Shown piece by piece: positions 9,475-17,223 of a stretch of DNA of 32,000 nt (positions are counted from its first letter, which is position 1; the number at the start of each line of letters is the position of its first letter). The DNA comes from Nitratidesulfovibrio vulgaris str. Hildenborough (GTDB lineage Bacteria > Desulfobacterota > Desulfovibrionia > Desulfovibrionales > Desulfovibrionaceae), in contig NC_002937.3 in the NCBI RefSeq assembly GCF_000195755.1, positions 2,790,001 through 2,822,000 on the forward strand. The letters are read 5' to 3'. The notes below the pieces were generated by a model. The model searched no databases. It was not told the DNA's origin and was given only the letters and a program-made list of their open reading frames with translations. A program made the translations under genes and the position numbers.

Positions 9475-9510
9475 AAACGGGCGGCCCTGTCGGGTCGCCC
9501 GTTTGTTTTA
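9475..9510 (-). terminator. Bidirectional rho-independent terminator at the prophage left end (ends the repressor transcript)
   Basis: AAACGGGCGGCCC-TGTC-GGGTCGCCCGTTT (13 bp including one G-T pair). T-runs on both sides: TTGTTTT on the plus strand and TTTTCGTT on the minus strand. Confidence 0.75.
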
Positions 9511-9590
9511 TGTAGATGCTTCGTGCAAGCAGCAAAAAAGCTATCTAGAAAAAGGACTGCATTTTGCTGCGCAGGTGTGGCATTTGCGCT

Positions 9591-10373
9591 TCAGTTCAAT
9601 TCTCTGCCAACCCACACCGCACGTCCAATAATGCGTATTCCATTGGAAAGGTCGCCTCGAGCGTCAATTTCCAGAGGTGGATACACGGCGTTATAGCTTG
9701 AAAGCACGATTTTTCCCGGCGCTGCATTCACCATCTTCAGATAGACCACATCCTCAACGCCAACAGCATAAACTTTGCCCGCGCGCGGGTCTCTCTGGCT
9801 CTGGTCGATGAGAACCACGTCGCCGTTCATTATATTGGGTTCCATACTATCGCCATCCACGCGCATCAGCACCATATGCGAAGGCTGCCCCTTGCGTAGC
9901 AAGAAGTCTGTGCGGAAGGCATAGCGACGCTCAATATTAGCCCCAGTCTCAAAGCTGCCATTGCCTGCACTCAAGCGGGCTTCGACCATAGGTAGCATCA
10001 TGATTTCGCAGTCGTCACATTCGATGACGTGCGCCTTTCCGGCATGAGCCAAGGGGGGCGTCATTTCTTCCTGCGCAGACTCAGACTTTGTAACGACACG
10101 AGCTATGGGGTCGCCCGCCCGAAGCATTCCCACGCGGACGGGTTCCATTGCTACAGCTTCAGGCTGTCTTCCAAAGAAGAGCCAATCACTGCTGATTCCT
10201 GTTTTTTCAGCAAAAGACTGTATCCACACCGGGGGAACTTCCCCACGCTTGCGCGCACCGCTAACCGACTGCGGCGTTATGCCCAGTATTCTTGCTAAAT
10301 CAGAATCGTTTTTAGCTCCAGAGGCGACCATCAGTCGTTCTAGAACGGCTTCAAACGATTTCGCTCTTTCCAT
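9591..10373 (-). CDS. Prophage repressor, HTH + peptidase S24 (LexA/CI-like, putatively autocleavable)
   Basis: N-terminal HTH SDLARILGITPQSVSGARKRG. C-terminal S24 signature VDGDSMEPNI (Ser nucleophile) and VVYLKMV (Lys). ATG 10373 with GGAG 6 nt upstream; the raw ORF starts at a TTG at 10394. Confidence 0.88.
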   Translation of the reverse strand: MERAKSFEAVLERLMVASGAKNDSDLARILGITPQSVSGARKRGEVPPVWIQSFAEKTGISSDWLFFGRQPEAVAMEPVRVGMLRAGDPIARVVTKSESAQEEMTPPLAHAGKAHVIECDDCEIMMLPMVEARLSAGNGSFETGANIERRYAFRTDFLLRKGQPSHMVLMRVDGDSMEPNIMNGDVVLIDQSQRDPRAGKVYAVGVEDVVYLKMVNAAPGKIVLSSYNAVYPPLEIDARGDLSNGIRIIGRAVWVGRELN

Positions 10374-10394
10374 GTTGAACTCCGAAATTAACAA

Positions 10395-10559
10395 ACTAGA
10401 AGCGATAAGCTTTTTATTTATACAAATGCAAGACTTACATATTTAGTGCGCATTTTAAACTTAGAAATGAAATTTTTGGTTGAAACAATAAGCCTAAGAC
10501 TGTAGAAGTGGCTTGCGGGCGGTAGAAAAACAACCGTGACAAGTTAACCTTATCTGCCC
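10395..10559. promoter_or_regulatory. Divergent immunity/early promoter-operator region
   Basis: AT-rich 165 bp between the repressor and the rightward early genes. Candidate early promoter TTGAAA (10480-10485)-17 nt-TAGAAG (10503-10508). Four TAGAA-containing repeats: AAACTAGAAG, AAACTTAGAAA, CTGTAGAAG, CGGTAGAAAA. Confidence 0.5.
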
Positions 10560-11090
10560 GTGCACACCCGGTCAACGTCCAGAGCGTTAGAGAGTCTGGA
10601 CGGTGACCTCACAAATGAACGGACGGTAACGGTGAACACGGTGACGCTCTCCCTCTTTGACGACAGCGCGGCACGCCTTGCCGGGCTGAACGCCACCCTG
10701 AAGACAGCCATGCAACGCACTATTGCGGCAAGTGGGCTGTCACGGGAGCAGGTCCTTGACCGCATGAACACGCTAGCGAAACAGGCGGGGGTGAAGCTCA
10801 CCACGGGCAACGCCCACCAGCTTTCGCTGGCGACGCTCGACAAATGGCTGAACCCGGCTGACCGCGAGCACCTGCCTTCCGTTCTGGCTCTCCATGTCTT
10901 CTGCCTTGCCGTGAACAACGTGCAGCCCTTGGCGCAACTGCTGGGGCTGCACGGTTGCGGCGTGATGACAGCCGAAGACAGACGGCTGCGCGACTACGGG
11001 CAGGTCTGCTGGGAATCAAAGCGGCGGCGCAAGGCCGCCCGTCAACTGGAACTGGAGCTTGAACATGGACTTTCGCACGGGCGCAGGTAA
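10560..11090 (+). CDS. Early protein of unknown function, possible DNA-binding (start uncertain)
   Basis: First rightward ORF with GC3-rich coding. The segment SGLSREQVLDRMNTLAKQAG is HTH-like. The GTG at 10560 lacks an SD. An alternative GTG at 10641 has GGTGA 5 nt upstream. Confidence 0.5.
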   Translation: MHTRSTSRALESLDGDLTNERTVTVNTVTLSLFDDSAARLAGLNATLKTAMQRTIAASGLSREQVLDRMNTLAKQAGVKLTTGNAHQLSLATLDKWLNPADREHLPSVLALHVFCLAVNNVQPLAQLLGLHGCGVMTAEDRRLRDYGQVCWESKRRRKAARQLELELEHGLSHGRR

Positions 11091-11307
11091 GCAGCGCCAG
11101 ACATTCCGCATCCTTGAGTGGCTACACCGTAAGGGCATCAAGCAAGGCTCCATCGCGGCAGAACTGGGTATCAGTTGCACGCTGGTTTCTGACACCATTC
11201 GCGGCCGCCGAAACAACAGGCGCGTTCTCCGCGTCCTTGTGGAGCGAGGCTGCCCCGTCACGTTCTTGAGCTTGCCTTCTGACATGGCATCCCGCCACGC
11301 CGCATAA
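11065..11307 (+). CDS. Ner/Cro-like small HTH regulator
   Basis: 80 aa. HTH GSIAAELGISCTLVSDTIRGRR. Position immediately upstream of the transposase, as in Mu ner. GGAG 7 nt upstream of ATG 11065. It overlaps the previous ORF by 26 nt. Confidence 0.6.
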   Translation: MDFRTGAGKQRQTFRILEWLHRKGIKQGSIAAELGISCTLVSDTIRGRRNNRRVLRVLVERGCPVTFLSLPSDMASRHAA

Positions 11308-11324
11308 GGTCAAAGGAACTGACG

Positions 11325-13520
11325 ATGGCAAAGACGCCTGACGCATACACCACGCAAGAGTTGGTGCCGCTGCTGGGTATACAAACCCGTGCTGTTCAGA
11401 TTCGCGCCAAGCGAGAAGGCTGGGCCTCTCGCCCCCGCAAGGGGCGTGGCGGCGGCAACGAGTGGCTTGTGGCGTCCATGCCCCGCGCAACCCGCGAGGC
11501 CATCGCAGACGGCCTTCTGCGCACATCGGCCCCCGCATCGCTTCCCGCGACTTCGGCCCCTGCCGAGACCCGCCCGGCCCTGCCGCCCATCGACCCGGCA
11601 GACCCTCGCCGGGGCATCGTGGCCCGCATGGCGTCGCTTTCGGGCTACACCCAGCGCCAGCGCGAAGTGGCCTTCGCCCGGCTGGCCTTCATCCGCGAGA
11701 TTGAGCGTCTTTCGGTGCTCACCGGCGTGGAGGCCGCCATCAACAAACTGGTGCAGGACGCTGGCGACGGCGCGCTGCCCCCGCATCTGATGGACTTGGT
11801 GCGGGCAGCCAACGACCGTTACGGCGACGGCGGCAAGCGCGGCCTGTCGCGGCGCAGACTGTATGCGTGGCGGGCGGGCTACTTGGCCATGGGTGAAGAG
11901 GCACTGGTGCCCAAGCACGCCACGCCCGACCTCTCTGTGCCACCGTGGGCGGACGCCTTCATGACCCTGTTCCAGCGGCCGCAGAAGCCGTCCATCGCAC
12001 GGGCGCACCGTGACCTGTGCAAGGCTTACGCGACCGGTGAATTGGGTGAACTAGCGGGACCGCCGCCCTCCATCCACGCCGTGCGGCGGTGGGTGGCCAA
12101 GGTGGCGCGGCCCGACCTTGAGCGTGGACGCAAGACCGGCAACGCGCTGCTCAAGATGCAGCCGCACCAGCGGCGGTCTACGGCGCACATGCTGCCGGGC
12201 GACTGCTACACGGCGGACGGCACCACCTTCGACGCCGAGATACGCGACCCGTACAACGGCAAGCCGATGAAGCCCGAAATCACGCTGGTTCTGGACGTGG
12301 CCACGCGCCGTTGCGTGGGCGTGTCACTGAACTACGCGGAGAACGCACAGGGGGTGCTCGACGCCCTGCGCATGGCCTGCCTGTATGGCGGCGTGCCCGC
12401 CATGTTCTATTCGGACAACGGCCCCGGCTACGACAACCGCCTGCTGAACGCCCCCGGCACGGGGATGCTGGCGCGCCTTGGCATAGAGCGGCGTGCCTCC
12501 ATTCCCGGCAGACCGCAGGGCAAGGGCCTGATGGAACGCGCGGTGAAGACCATCTGCGAACCCGTGGCGAAGGCCATGCCCACATGCTCGCACCGCGACA
12601 TGGACGGCGACGCGGCCAAGAAGGTCTACAAGATTACCCGCGCCGACCTGAAACGCGGCGGGCGTTCGCCGCTGCTGCCCACGTGGGAGCAGTTCAAGAC
12701 GGCCATGCTTGAGCGCATCGTCGAGTACAACACCACTCCGCACCGGTCGTTGCCCGTCATCACCGACGAGAACGGCCGACGCCGCCACATGTCGCCGGAT
12801 GATGCGTGGAAGTACCACGAGGACAACGGCTGGCGGCCCGTGAGCGTACCGGCGGACATTTCCCATGAGGAGTTCATGCCCGCAGAACGCCGCATCGTGC
12901 GCACCGGCGAAGTGCGCTTCGGCGGTGGCGTGTACTTCTCGCACGACCTTGCCCCGTACCACGGCGACGCGGTGATGGTGCGTTACGACGTGTGGGACGC
13001 CTCGCGTGTCTATGTGTGGACGATGGATGGCCGCCGCATCTGCGAGGCCGTTCTGGACGCCAACAGCACGCCATACTTCCAGCAGAGCCAGATAGATGCG
13101 GCCCGTGAAAAGCGCGAGCAGGCGCAGTTGAAGCGCCTTGAACGCAAGGCGGCCGCCATCGCCCCCGGTTCATTCCTCACCGTGGCCACCGGCCGCACCC
13201 GTGAAACCCCGCTCATGGCCGACAGTCTCGCGCCCCGCGACCAGCTTCCGGCGCAAGAGACAGCCGCCGCCCCCGTCACCGTGGACGTGACCCCCCTTCG
13301 CCCCCAGACCACCGAACCGGAACGCCGCCCCTGCTTCGCGCACGCGCATGAGCGTTACGAATGGCTGATGCACCACAAGGACCGCTGGCTGGACAAGGAC
13401 GAACCTTGGCTGCGCCGCCATGTGGACACCATCGACTACGCCGACAACCACGAACGCTACGTGCATGAAGGCATCGCATGGCCGGGCTGGAAGGCCGAAA
13501 CCGACAGCGAAAAGGATTAG
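11325..13520 (+). CDS. MuA-like DDE transposase
   Basis: 731 aa. N-terminal Mu-type HTH (TTQELVPLLGIQTRAVQIRAKREGW). DDE/rve core (LVLDVATRR, FYSDNGPGY, RPQGKGLMERAV). Size and position match Mu A. Confidence 0.92.
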   Translation: MAKTPDAYTTQELVPLLGIQTRAVQIRAKREGWASRPRKGRGGGNEWLVASMPRATREAIADGLLRTSAPASLPATSAPAETRPALPPIDPADPRRGIVARMASLSGYTQRQREVAFARLAFIREIERLSVLTGVEAAINKLVQDAGDGALPPHLMDLVRAANDRYGDGGKRGLSRRRLYAWRAGYLAMGEEALVPKHATPDLSVPPWADAFMTLFQRPQKPSIARAHRDLCKAYATGELGELAGPPPSIHAVRRWVAKVARPDLERGRKTGNALLKMQPHQRRSTAHMLPGDCYTADGTTFDAEIRDPYNGKPMKPEITLVLDVATRRCVGVSLNYAENAQGVLDALRMACLYGGVPAMFYSDNGPGYDNRLLNAPGTGMLARLGIERRASIPGRPQGKGLMERAVKTICEPVAKAMPTCSHRDMDGDAAKKVYKITRADLKRGGRSPLLPTWEQFKTAMLERIVEYNTTPHRSLPVITDENGRRRHMSPDDAWKYHEDNGWRPVSVPADISHEEFMPAERRIVRTGEVRFGGGVYFSHDLAPYHGDAVMVRYDVWDASRVYVWTMDGRRICEAVLDANSTPYFQQSQIDAAREKREQAQLKRLERKAAAIAPGSFLTVATGRTRETPLMADSLAPRDQLPAQETAAAPVTVDVTPLRPQTTEPERRPCFAHAHERYEWLMHHKDRWLDKDEPWLRRHVDTIDYADNHERYVHEGIAWPGWKAETDSEKD

Positions 13521-13528
13521 GAGACGCC

Positions 13529-14314
13529 ATGTTAAAGCAATTCGTCAGAACGGAGAACTACACGCGCTTCACGGCGGGCATTCAGGCCGTGGAACAGCGG
13601 GGCGCGGCCGAGGCGGGCATGATGCTCGTCCACGGTGCGCCGGGCTTCGGCAAAAGCCACATCGTCTACCATTGGGCCATAGAGGCCGGGGCCGTGTTCC
13701 TGCGGGCCAACGTGGACTGGACGCCCAAGTACTTCCTCGTGGAACTGGCCAAGGAACTGCGCATCGACCCGCGCGGCACGGCGCAGCAACTGTTCGGCCG
13801 CCTGCTTGAGCATGTGGTGGAGACACAGGCCCCGCTGGTCATCGACGAGGCCGAGTTCACCCTGCACCAGAACGCCGCCGTGCTGGAGAAGATACGCGAC
13901 CTTTCCGACCGCGCCGAAGTGACCGTGGTGCTCATAGGCATGGAGCGCATCCAGCAGAACATCGCCCGCCACAAGCAAATCAACAGCCGCATCGCACAGG
14001 TGGTGGAGTTCAAGCCCGCCACGCTGTCCGACGTGACCCATGCCTGCGCGCAACTGGCAGAGGTGCGGCTGACGCCCGAACTGGTGGGCGAAGTGCACCG
14101 CCTCTCCGGCGGCAGGATGCGCGAGGTGCTGAACATCATCGCCGCCATAGAGCGCGTGGCGAAGGTGAACGAACTGACCGAAGTGGGCATGGCCGATGTG
14201 TCCGGGGTGCCCCTGTCCTATGACTGGCAGGCCCACACCCCGCGCATGGTCGCCACGGGCAGGCAGACGGGGCGTGCATCCCGCGCCACGGCACAGGTGG
14301 CAGGGGGGCGTTAG
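13529..14314 (+). CDS. MuB-like AAA+ ATPase (DNA transposition / target-capture protein)
   Basis: Walker A GAPGFGKS and Walker B LVIDEAE, directly after the transposase. ATG 13529 with AGGAG upstream; the raw ORF start at 13478 overlaps the transposase. Confidence 0.88.
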   Translation: MLKQFVRTENYTRFTAGIQAVEQRGAAEAGMMLVHGAPGFGKSHIVYHWAIEAGAVFLRANVDWTPKYFLVELAKELRIDPRGTAQQLFGRLLEHVVETQAPLVIDEAEFTLHQNAAVLEKIRDLSDRAEVTVVLIGMERIQQNIARHKQINSRIAQVVEFKPATLSDVTHACAQLAEVRLTPELVGEVHRLSGGRMREVLNIIAAIERVAKVNELTEVGMADVSGVPLSYDWQAHTPRMVATGRQTGRASRATAQVAGGR

Positions 14315-14316
14315 TC

Positions 14317-14904
14317 ATGGCGTGGTACGGCAATGCCATTCTGACGCTGCTTGCTGATTGTTCGAGGACAAAGCAGGAGCTGGCAGACGCGCTTGGCATC
14401 AAGCCTCCTGCCGTATGTGACGCCTGCAAAAGGCTGCGCGCCAATGGATATGTCCAGTGGCACAATGGCTATTGGAATATCACTGACAAGGGATGGCAAA
14501 TGCTGGCCTCCGGCCAGCCGCTTAAGAGCGGCCCCGGCAAGGGCAACTCGCCTGCACGCGGACGCAGCACTCTGCGGGCCAAGGCGTGGCGGGCCATGCG
14601 GATGCTGGAGGGGTTCAGCCTCGACGACCTGCTGACCATGTTGTGCGACGGCAGCGAAGGCGACCCCTCGCGCAACCTTACGGACTACCTGCGTGCCCTT
14701 GTGGCGGCGGGCTACCTGATGCCGCTTCCCCGTCGGGGGAACGGCCGTCATCCGCAACGCTACCGCCTGCGCCGTGACCGCTACACCGGGCCGGACGCCC
14801 CGGCGTGGAACAAGCCTGAACGCACCCTGACAGACCCCAACACGGGCGAGGTCTTCCGCATCCCGCGCAAGCGCGACAGCGTGGAGGAGGCACCCCATGC
14901 CTGA
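14317..14904 (+). CDS. Early protein with two winged-helix-like (MarR-like) segments
   Basis: 195 aa. TKQELADALGIKPPAVCDACKRLRANGYV and LTDYLRALVAAGYLMPL resemble wHTH recognition regions. It is tightly coupled to the flanking genes. Confidence 0.6.
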   Translation: MAWYGNAILTLLADCSRTKQELADALGIKPPAVCDACKRLRANGYVQWHNGYWNITDKGWQMLASGQPLKSGPGKGNSPARGRSTLRAKAWRAMRMLEGFSLDDLLTMLCDGSEGDPSRNLTDYLRALVAAGYLMPLPRRGNGRHPQRYRLRRDRYTGPDAPAWNKPERTLTDPNTGEVFRIPRKRDSVEEAPHA

Positions 14905-15226
14905 CTGGCTGGCCCTGCTGCACAAGGCCGTCGAAGGTCGCACCAAGGCGGCCGTGGCGCGTGAACTTGGCGTGTCGCGTCCTTCGGTGAGCCTGCTTCT
15001 GGCAGGCCGCTACCCCGGCCGCACCGACCACATGGCCGCACGCGTTCTGGCTGTCTACGGCCGCATCGCCTGCCCGCACCTTTCCGCAGACATCACCACG
15101 GCGCAGTGCCGCAGCATGAGCGGCCCGGTGCCCACATCAAGCCCGGCGGCCATCCGCCATTGGCGGGCGTGCCAAGCGTGCCCGCACAGACCATCAACCA
15201 CACCATCAACCGACGGAGGAAACTAG
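14897..15226 (+). CDS. Small HTH DNA-binding early protein
   Basis: 109 aa. HTH KAAVARELGVSRPSVSLLLAGR. The start overlaps the upstream stop by 8 nt. Confidence 0.6.
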   Translation: MPDWLALLHKAVEGRTKAAVARELGVSRPSVSLLLAGRYPGRTDHMAARVLAVYGRIACPHLSADITTAQCRSMSGPVPTSSPAAIRHWRACQACPHRPSTTPSTDGGN

Positions 15227-15228
15227 AC

Positions 15229-15711
15229 ATGGCGACAGCAGCGAAGAAGCTTCAGAAGGCACAGGCCAACGTCACCCCCATGCCCACGGGCACGGTGAAG
15301 CTGGGACGCGAGACCTTTCCGGCCCCCGCAACCCTTGTGGAACTGGTGCGCAAGGGGCGCGACATCAAGATGATGATGGATGAACTGAAGGCCGAACTCG
15401 ACACGGTGAACGCCGCCATTCTGGCGGAAGTGCCCCGCTGGATGGACGGCGTGGGGACCCTGCACATCATCACCGAAGGCGTGGACTGCACCGTGACCTT
15501 GCGTGACGCGGTGGCCATCGAAAACGTGGGGACCCTGCGCGAACTGCTGGGCGACCGCTTCCCCGACCTCGTGAAGGAGAAGGTGAACTTCACCCCCGAA
15601 GCCAAGCTGGTCGCCATCGCCACCGACGGTGACCACCCTCTGGCCCGTGACGTGGCCTCCTGCCTGCGGATTCAGGAAGCCAAGGCCTCCGTCAGCTACA
15701 AGGCCGCCTAG
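15229..15711 (+). CDS. Early protein, possibly Gam-like host-nuclease inhibitor
   Basis: 160 aa from ATG 15229 (GGAGGA SD). An N-terminal coiled segment (DIKMMMDELKAELDTVNAAILAEV) followed by a beta-rich region loosely parallels Mu Gam in layout, size and genomic position. Not verified. Confidence 0.4.
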   Translation: MATAAKKLQKAQANVTPMPTGTVKLGRETFPAPATLVELVRKGRDIKMMMDELKAELDTVNAAILAEVPRWMDGVGTLHIITEGVDCTVTLRDAVAIENVGTLRELLGDRFPDLVKEKVNFTPEAKLVAIATDGDHPLARDVASCLRIQEAKASVSYKAA

Positions 15712-15720
15712 GGAGAATGT

Positions 15721-15957
15721 ATGGCTCGCGACCTGTTGCAGCACGGGCGCATGGTGGCCCTGTTCGCGGAACGGGTGTTGCGCACGCCCGGTATGACCCC
15801 TGACGACATGCCGGAGCTTTCCGGCAACCCGGCATTCGGCAAGCTCTCCACGCGGGAACGGGCATCGGTGGCCCGGTCCATCAAGCACGGTGCGGCATCG
15901 AAGCTCATTGAGACGGGCTACCCGGAGGCTACGGTCAAGCGCATCCTGCGCGTGTGA
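15721..15957 (+). CDS. Hypothetical early protein (78 aa)
   Basis: GC3-rich ORF with GGGAGAATGT upstream of the ATG. No recognisable motif. Confidence 0.5.
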   Translation: MARDLLQHGRMVALFAERVLRTPGMTPDDMPELSGNPAFGKLSTRERASVARSIKHGAASKLIETGYPEATVKRILRV

Positions 15958-15968
15958 CGACCTGACTT

Positions 15969-16033
15969 GCGAAACCGCCCCCATGCGGGGCGGTCGTCGG
16001 AGCGTGGCGGCTCCGGCCTGACGAGCAGCCGAA
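15969..16033 (+). repeat. Structured intergenic repeat, copy 1 (65 nt, two hairpins)
   Basis: GCGAAACCGCCCCCATGCGGGGCGGTCGTCGGAGCGTGGCGGCTCCGGCCTGACGAGCAGCCGAA. Hairpin 1 is ACCGCCCC/GGGGCGGT. Hairpin 2 is CGGAGC-GTGGCG-GCTCCG (15998-16015). Confidence 0.9.
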
Positions 16034-16042
16034 GGAAGAGAA

Positions 16043-16282
16043 ATGACGGTAATTAGCTCACACCTGTCTGTGGCGATTGACTACCTCTTGGATGAATCCG
16101 CTTTTCCTGATGAGAGGTTGGCGGGGAAGTTCCTGCGGGACGGCGTCCCGATGAGTGCAGAGGAGGTTCGCGAGTACCTTCGCGAGGAGAAGGCGGCAGG
16201 GAAGAAGCTTTTTCCTCTCAAGCCCTGTGACCGATTCGACCCCTATGAAAAGGGGTGCCTTGGGCACGAAGTAGAAGCGTAG
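16043..16282 (+). CDS. Hypothetical 79-aa protein, lower-GC cargo bracketed by the structured repeat
   Basis: GAAGGAAG SD upstream of ATG 16043. The 5' half is visibly AT-richer than the neighbouring genes. Acidic product, no motif recognised. Confidence 0.55.
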   Translation: MTVISSHLSVAIDYLLDESAFPDERLAGKFLRDGVPMSAEEVREYLREEKAAGKKLFPLKPCDRFDPYEKGCLGHEVEA

Positions 16283-16348
16283 CGAAACCGCCCCCCCATG
16301 CGGGGCGGTCGTCCGGCGGTGGCGCGCCGGGCCTGACGAGCAGCCGAA
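16282..16348 (+). repeat. Structured intergenic repeat, copy 2 (67 nt)
   Basis: GCGAAACCGCCCCCCCATGCGGGGCGGTCGTCCGGCGGTGGCGCGCCGGGCCTGACGAGCAGCCGAA. Hairpin 2 is CCGGCG-GTGGCG-CGCCGG (16313-16330), with the same loop as copy 1 and four compensatory stem pairs. Confidence 0.9.
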
Positions 16349-16363
16349 CAATGCAAGGTGAAC

Positions 16364-16798
16364 ATGGCAGAACAGCGCAAGAAAACAGCCTCGCTTTTGC
16401 TGTCTGTAGACGGCAATCCCCCTGTGAGTCTGGAATGCTTCCCGGCGGAACAATGGCCCGCCGCAGGAGGTGCGCCGGGCCTTTTCCGGGTGCGCCAGGG
16501 CGGCAAGTGGCTGCGGGGGCATGGCGGCGAGAAGTACCACTTCATGACGCCCGAAGCCCTTGGCGGCCACATGGCCCAACTCCTGTGCGGGCATGAACCC
16601 GCCCCGGCCCCTGACCTGCCGGTGGGGACGCCGGTCCGCGTGCCCAATGGCAACACCTTCGCCGGGCTTCCCCTGTACGACGCCACGCGCACGGCCACGC
16701 CTCCGTTCCAAGCGGCGGACGGTCGCTGGCATGTGCATGTCCTGCTGTACGGGCGAGGGCTTGTGGCCGTGCCCTGCGACACCCTGAAACACCGTTGA
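16364..16798 (+). CDS. Hypothetical early protein (144 aa)
   Basis: ATG 16364 with AAGG 5 nt upstream; the raw ORF begins at a GTG at 16358. No motif recognised. Confidence 0.55.
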   Translation: MAEQRKKTASLLLSVDGNPPVSLECFPAEQWPAAGGAPGLFRVRQGGKWLRGHGGEKYHFMTPEALGGHMAQLLCGHEPAPAPDLPVGTPVRVPNGNTFAGLPLYDATRTATPPFQAADGRWHVHVLLYGRGLVAVPCDTLKHR

Positions 16799-16806
16799 GG
16801 TGCCCC

Positions 16807-17223
16807 ATGCGTGAAGAATCGCGTGCCTCCCTGCTGGCCAAGCTGCATATAGCCAAGAAAGACCTTGGCCTTACGGACGACATCTACCGCGACATGCTGG
16901 AAGGCGTGACGGGCAAGCGTTCCGGTGCCGACCTGTCGGTGAAGGAACTGGTGGCCGTGATAGCCGAACTGCGGGCCAAAGGGTGGCAACCCAAGAGCAC
17001 CCCGCGCTACGGGCGCAAGCCCAAGGTACGGGGAGCGGCCAAGCCCCAGCTTGCCAAGGTGGAGGCATTGCTTGCCGACAATGGCAGGCCGTGGGCCTAC
17101 GCTGAAGGCATCGCCAAGCGGATGTACGGTGTGGAGAAGCTTGAATGGTGCGACGAGGCGCAGATTTCCGGCGTCATGGTGGCACTGGTGAAGGACGCCC
17201 GCCGCCGCAAGGGGAAGGCATGA
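16807..17223 (+). CDS. GemA / Mu gp16-like regulatory protein (DUF1018 type)
   Basis: LLAKLHIAKKDLGLTDDIYRDMLEGVTGKRSGADLSVKELVAVIAELRAKGW is the characteristic gp16/GemA N-terminal signature. Position upstream of mor, as in Mu-like phages. Confidence 0.8.
   Translation: MREESRASLLAKLHIAKKDLGLTDDIYRDMLEGVTGKRSGADLSVKELVAVIAELRAKGWQPKSTPRYGRKPKVRGAAKPQLAKVEALLADNGRPWAYAEGIAKRMYGVEKLEWCDEAQISGVMVALVKDARRRKGKA

Noticed and set aside
9376-9696. 106-aa plus-strand ORF (TTG start) at the prophage left end, and the 77-aa minus-strand ORF at 9302-9535
   Set aside because: They span the bidirectional terminator and the putative transposase-binding repeats, and the first overlaps the repressor 3' end. 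Neither has an SD. The region is better explained as non-coding attL.
13478-13528. Upstream in-frame starts reported by the ORF track for several phage genes (13478, 15106, 17145, 19520, 20239, 25601, 26838, 28904, 30167)
   Set aside because: Each extension overlaps the preceding gene and lacks an SD. A downstream ATG/GTG with a well-spaced SD begins the recognisable protein, and those starts are used in the feature table.
13532-14236. Minus-strand 234-aa ORF opposite the MuB-like gene, and similar antisense ORFs at 15223-15984, 16243-17268, 19577-20314, 20829-21599, 22465-24246, 24264-24887, 26799-28715, 29002-29688 and 30504-31910
   Set aside because: All are shadow ORFs of confidently identified plus-strand phage genes. 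Their translations are His/Gly/Arg/Ala-rich and lack motifs or ribosome-binding sites.
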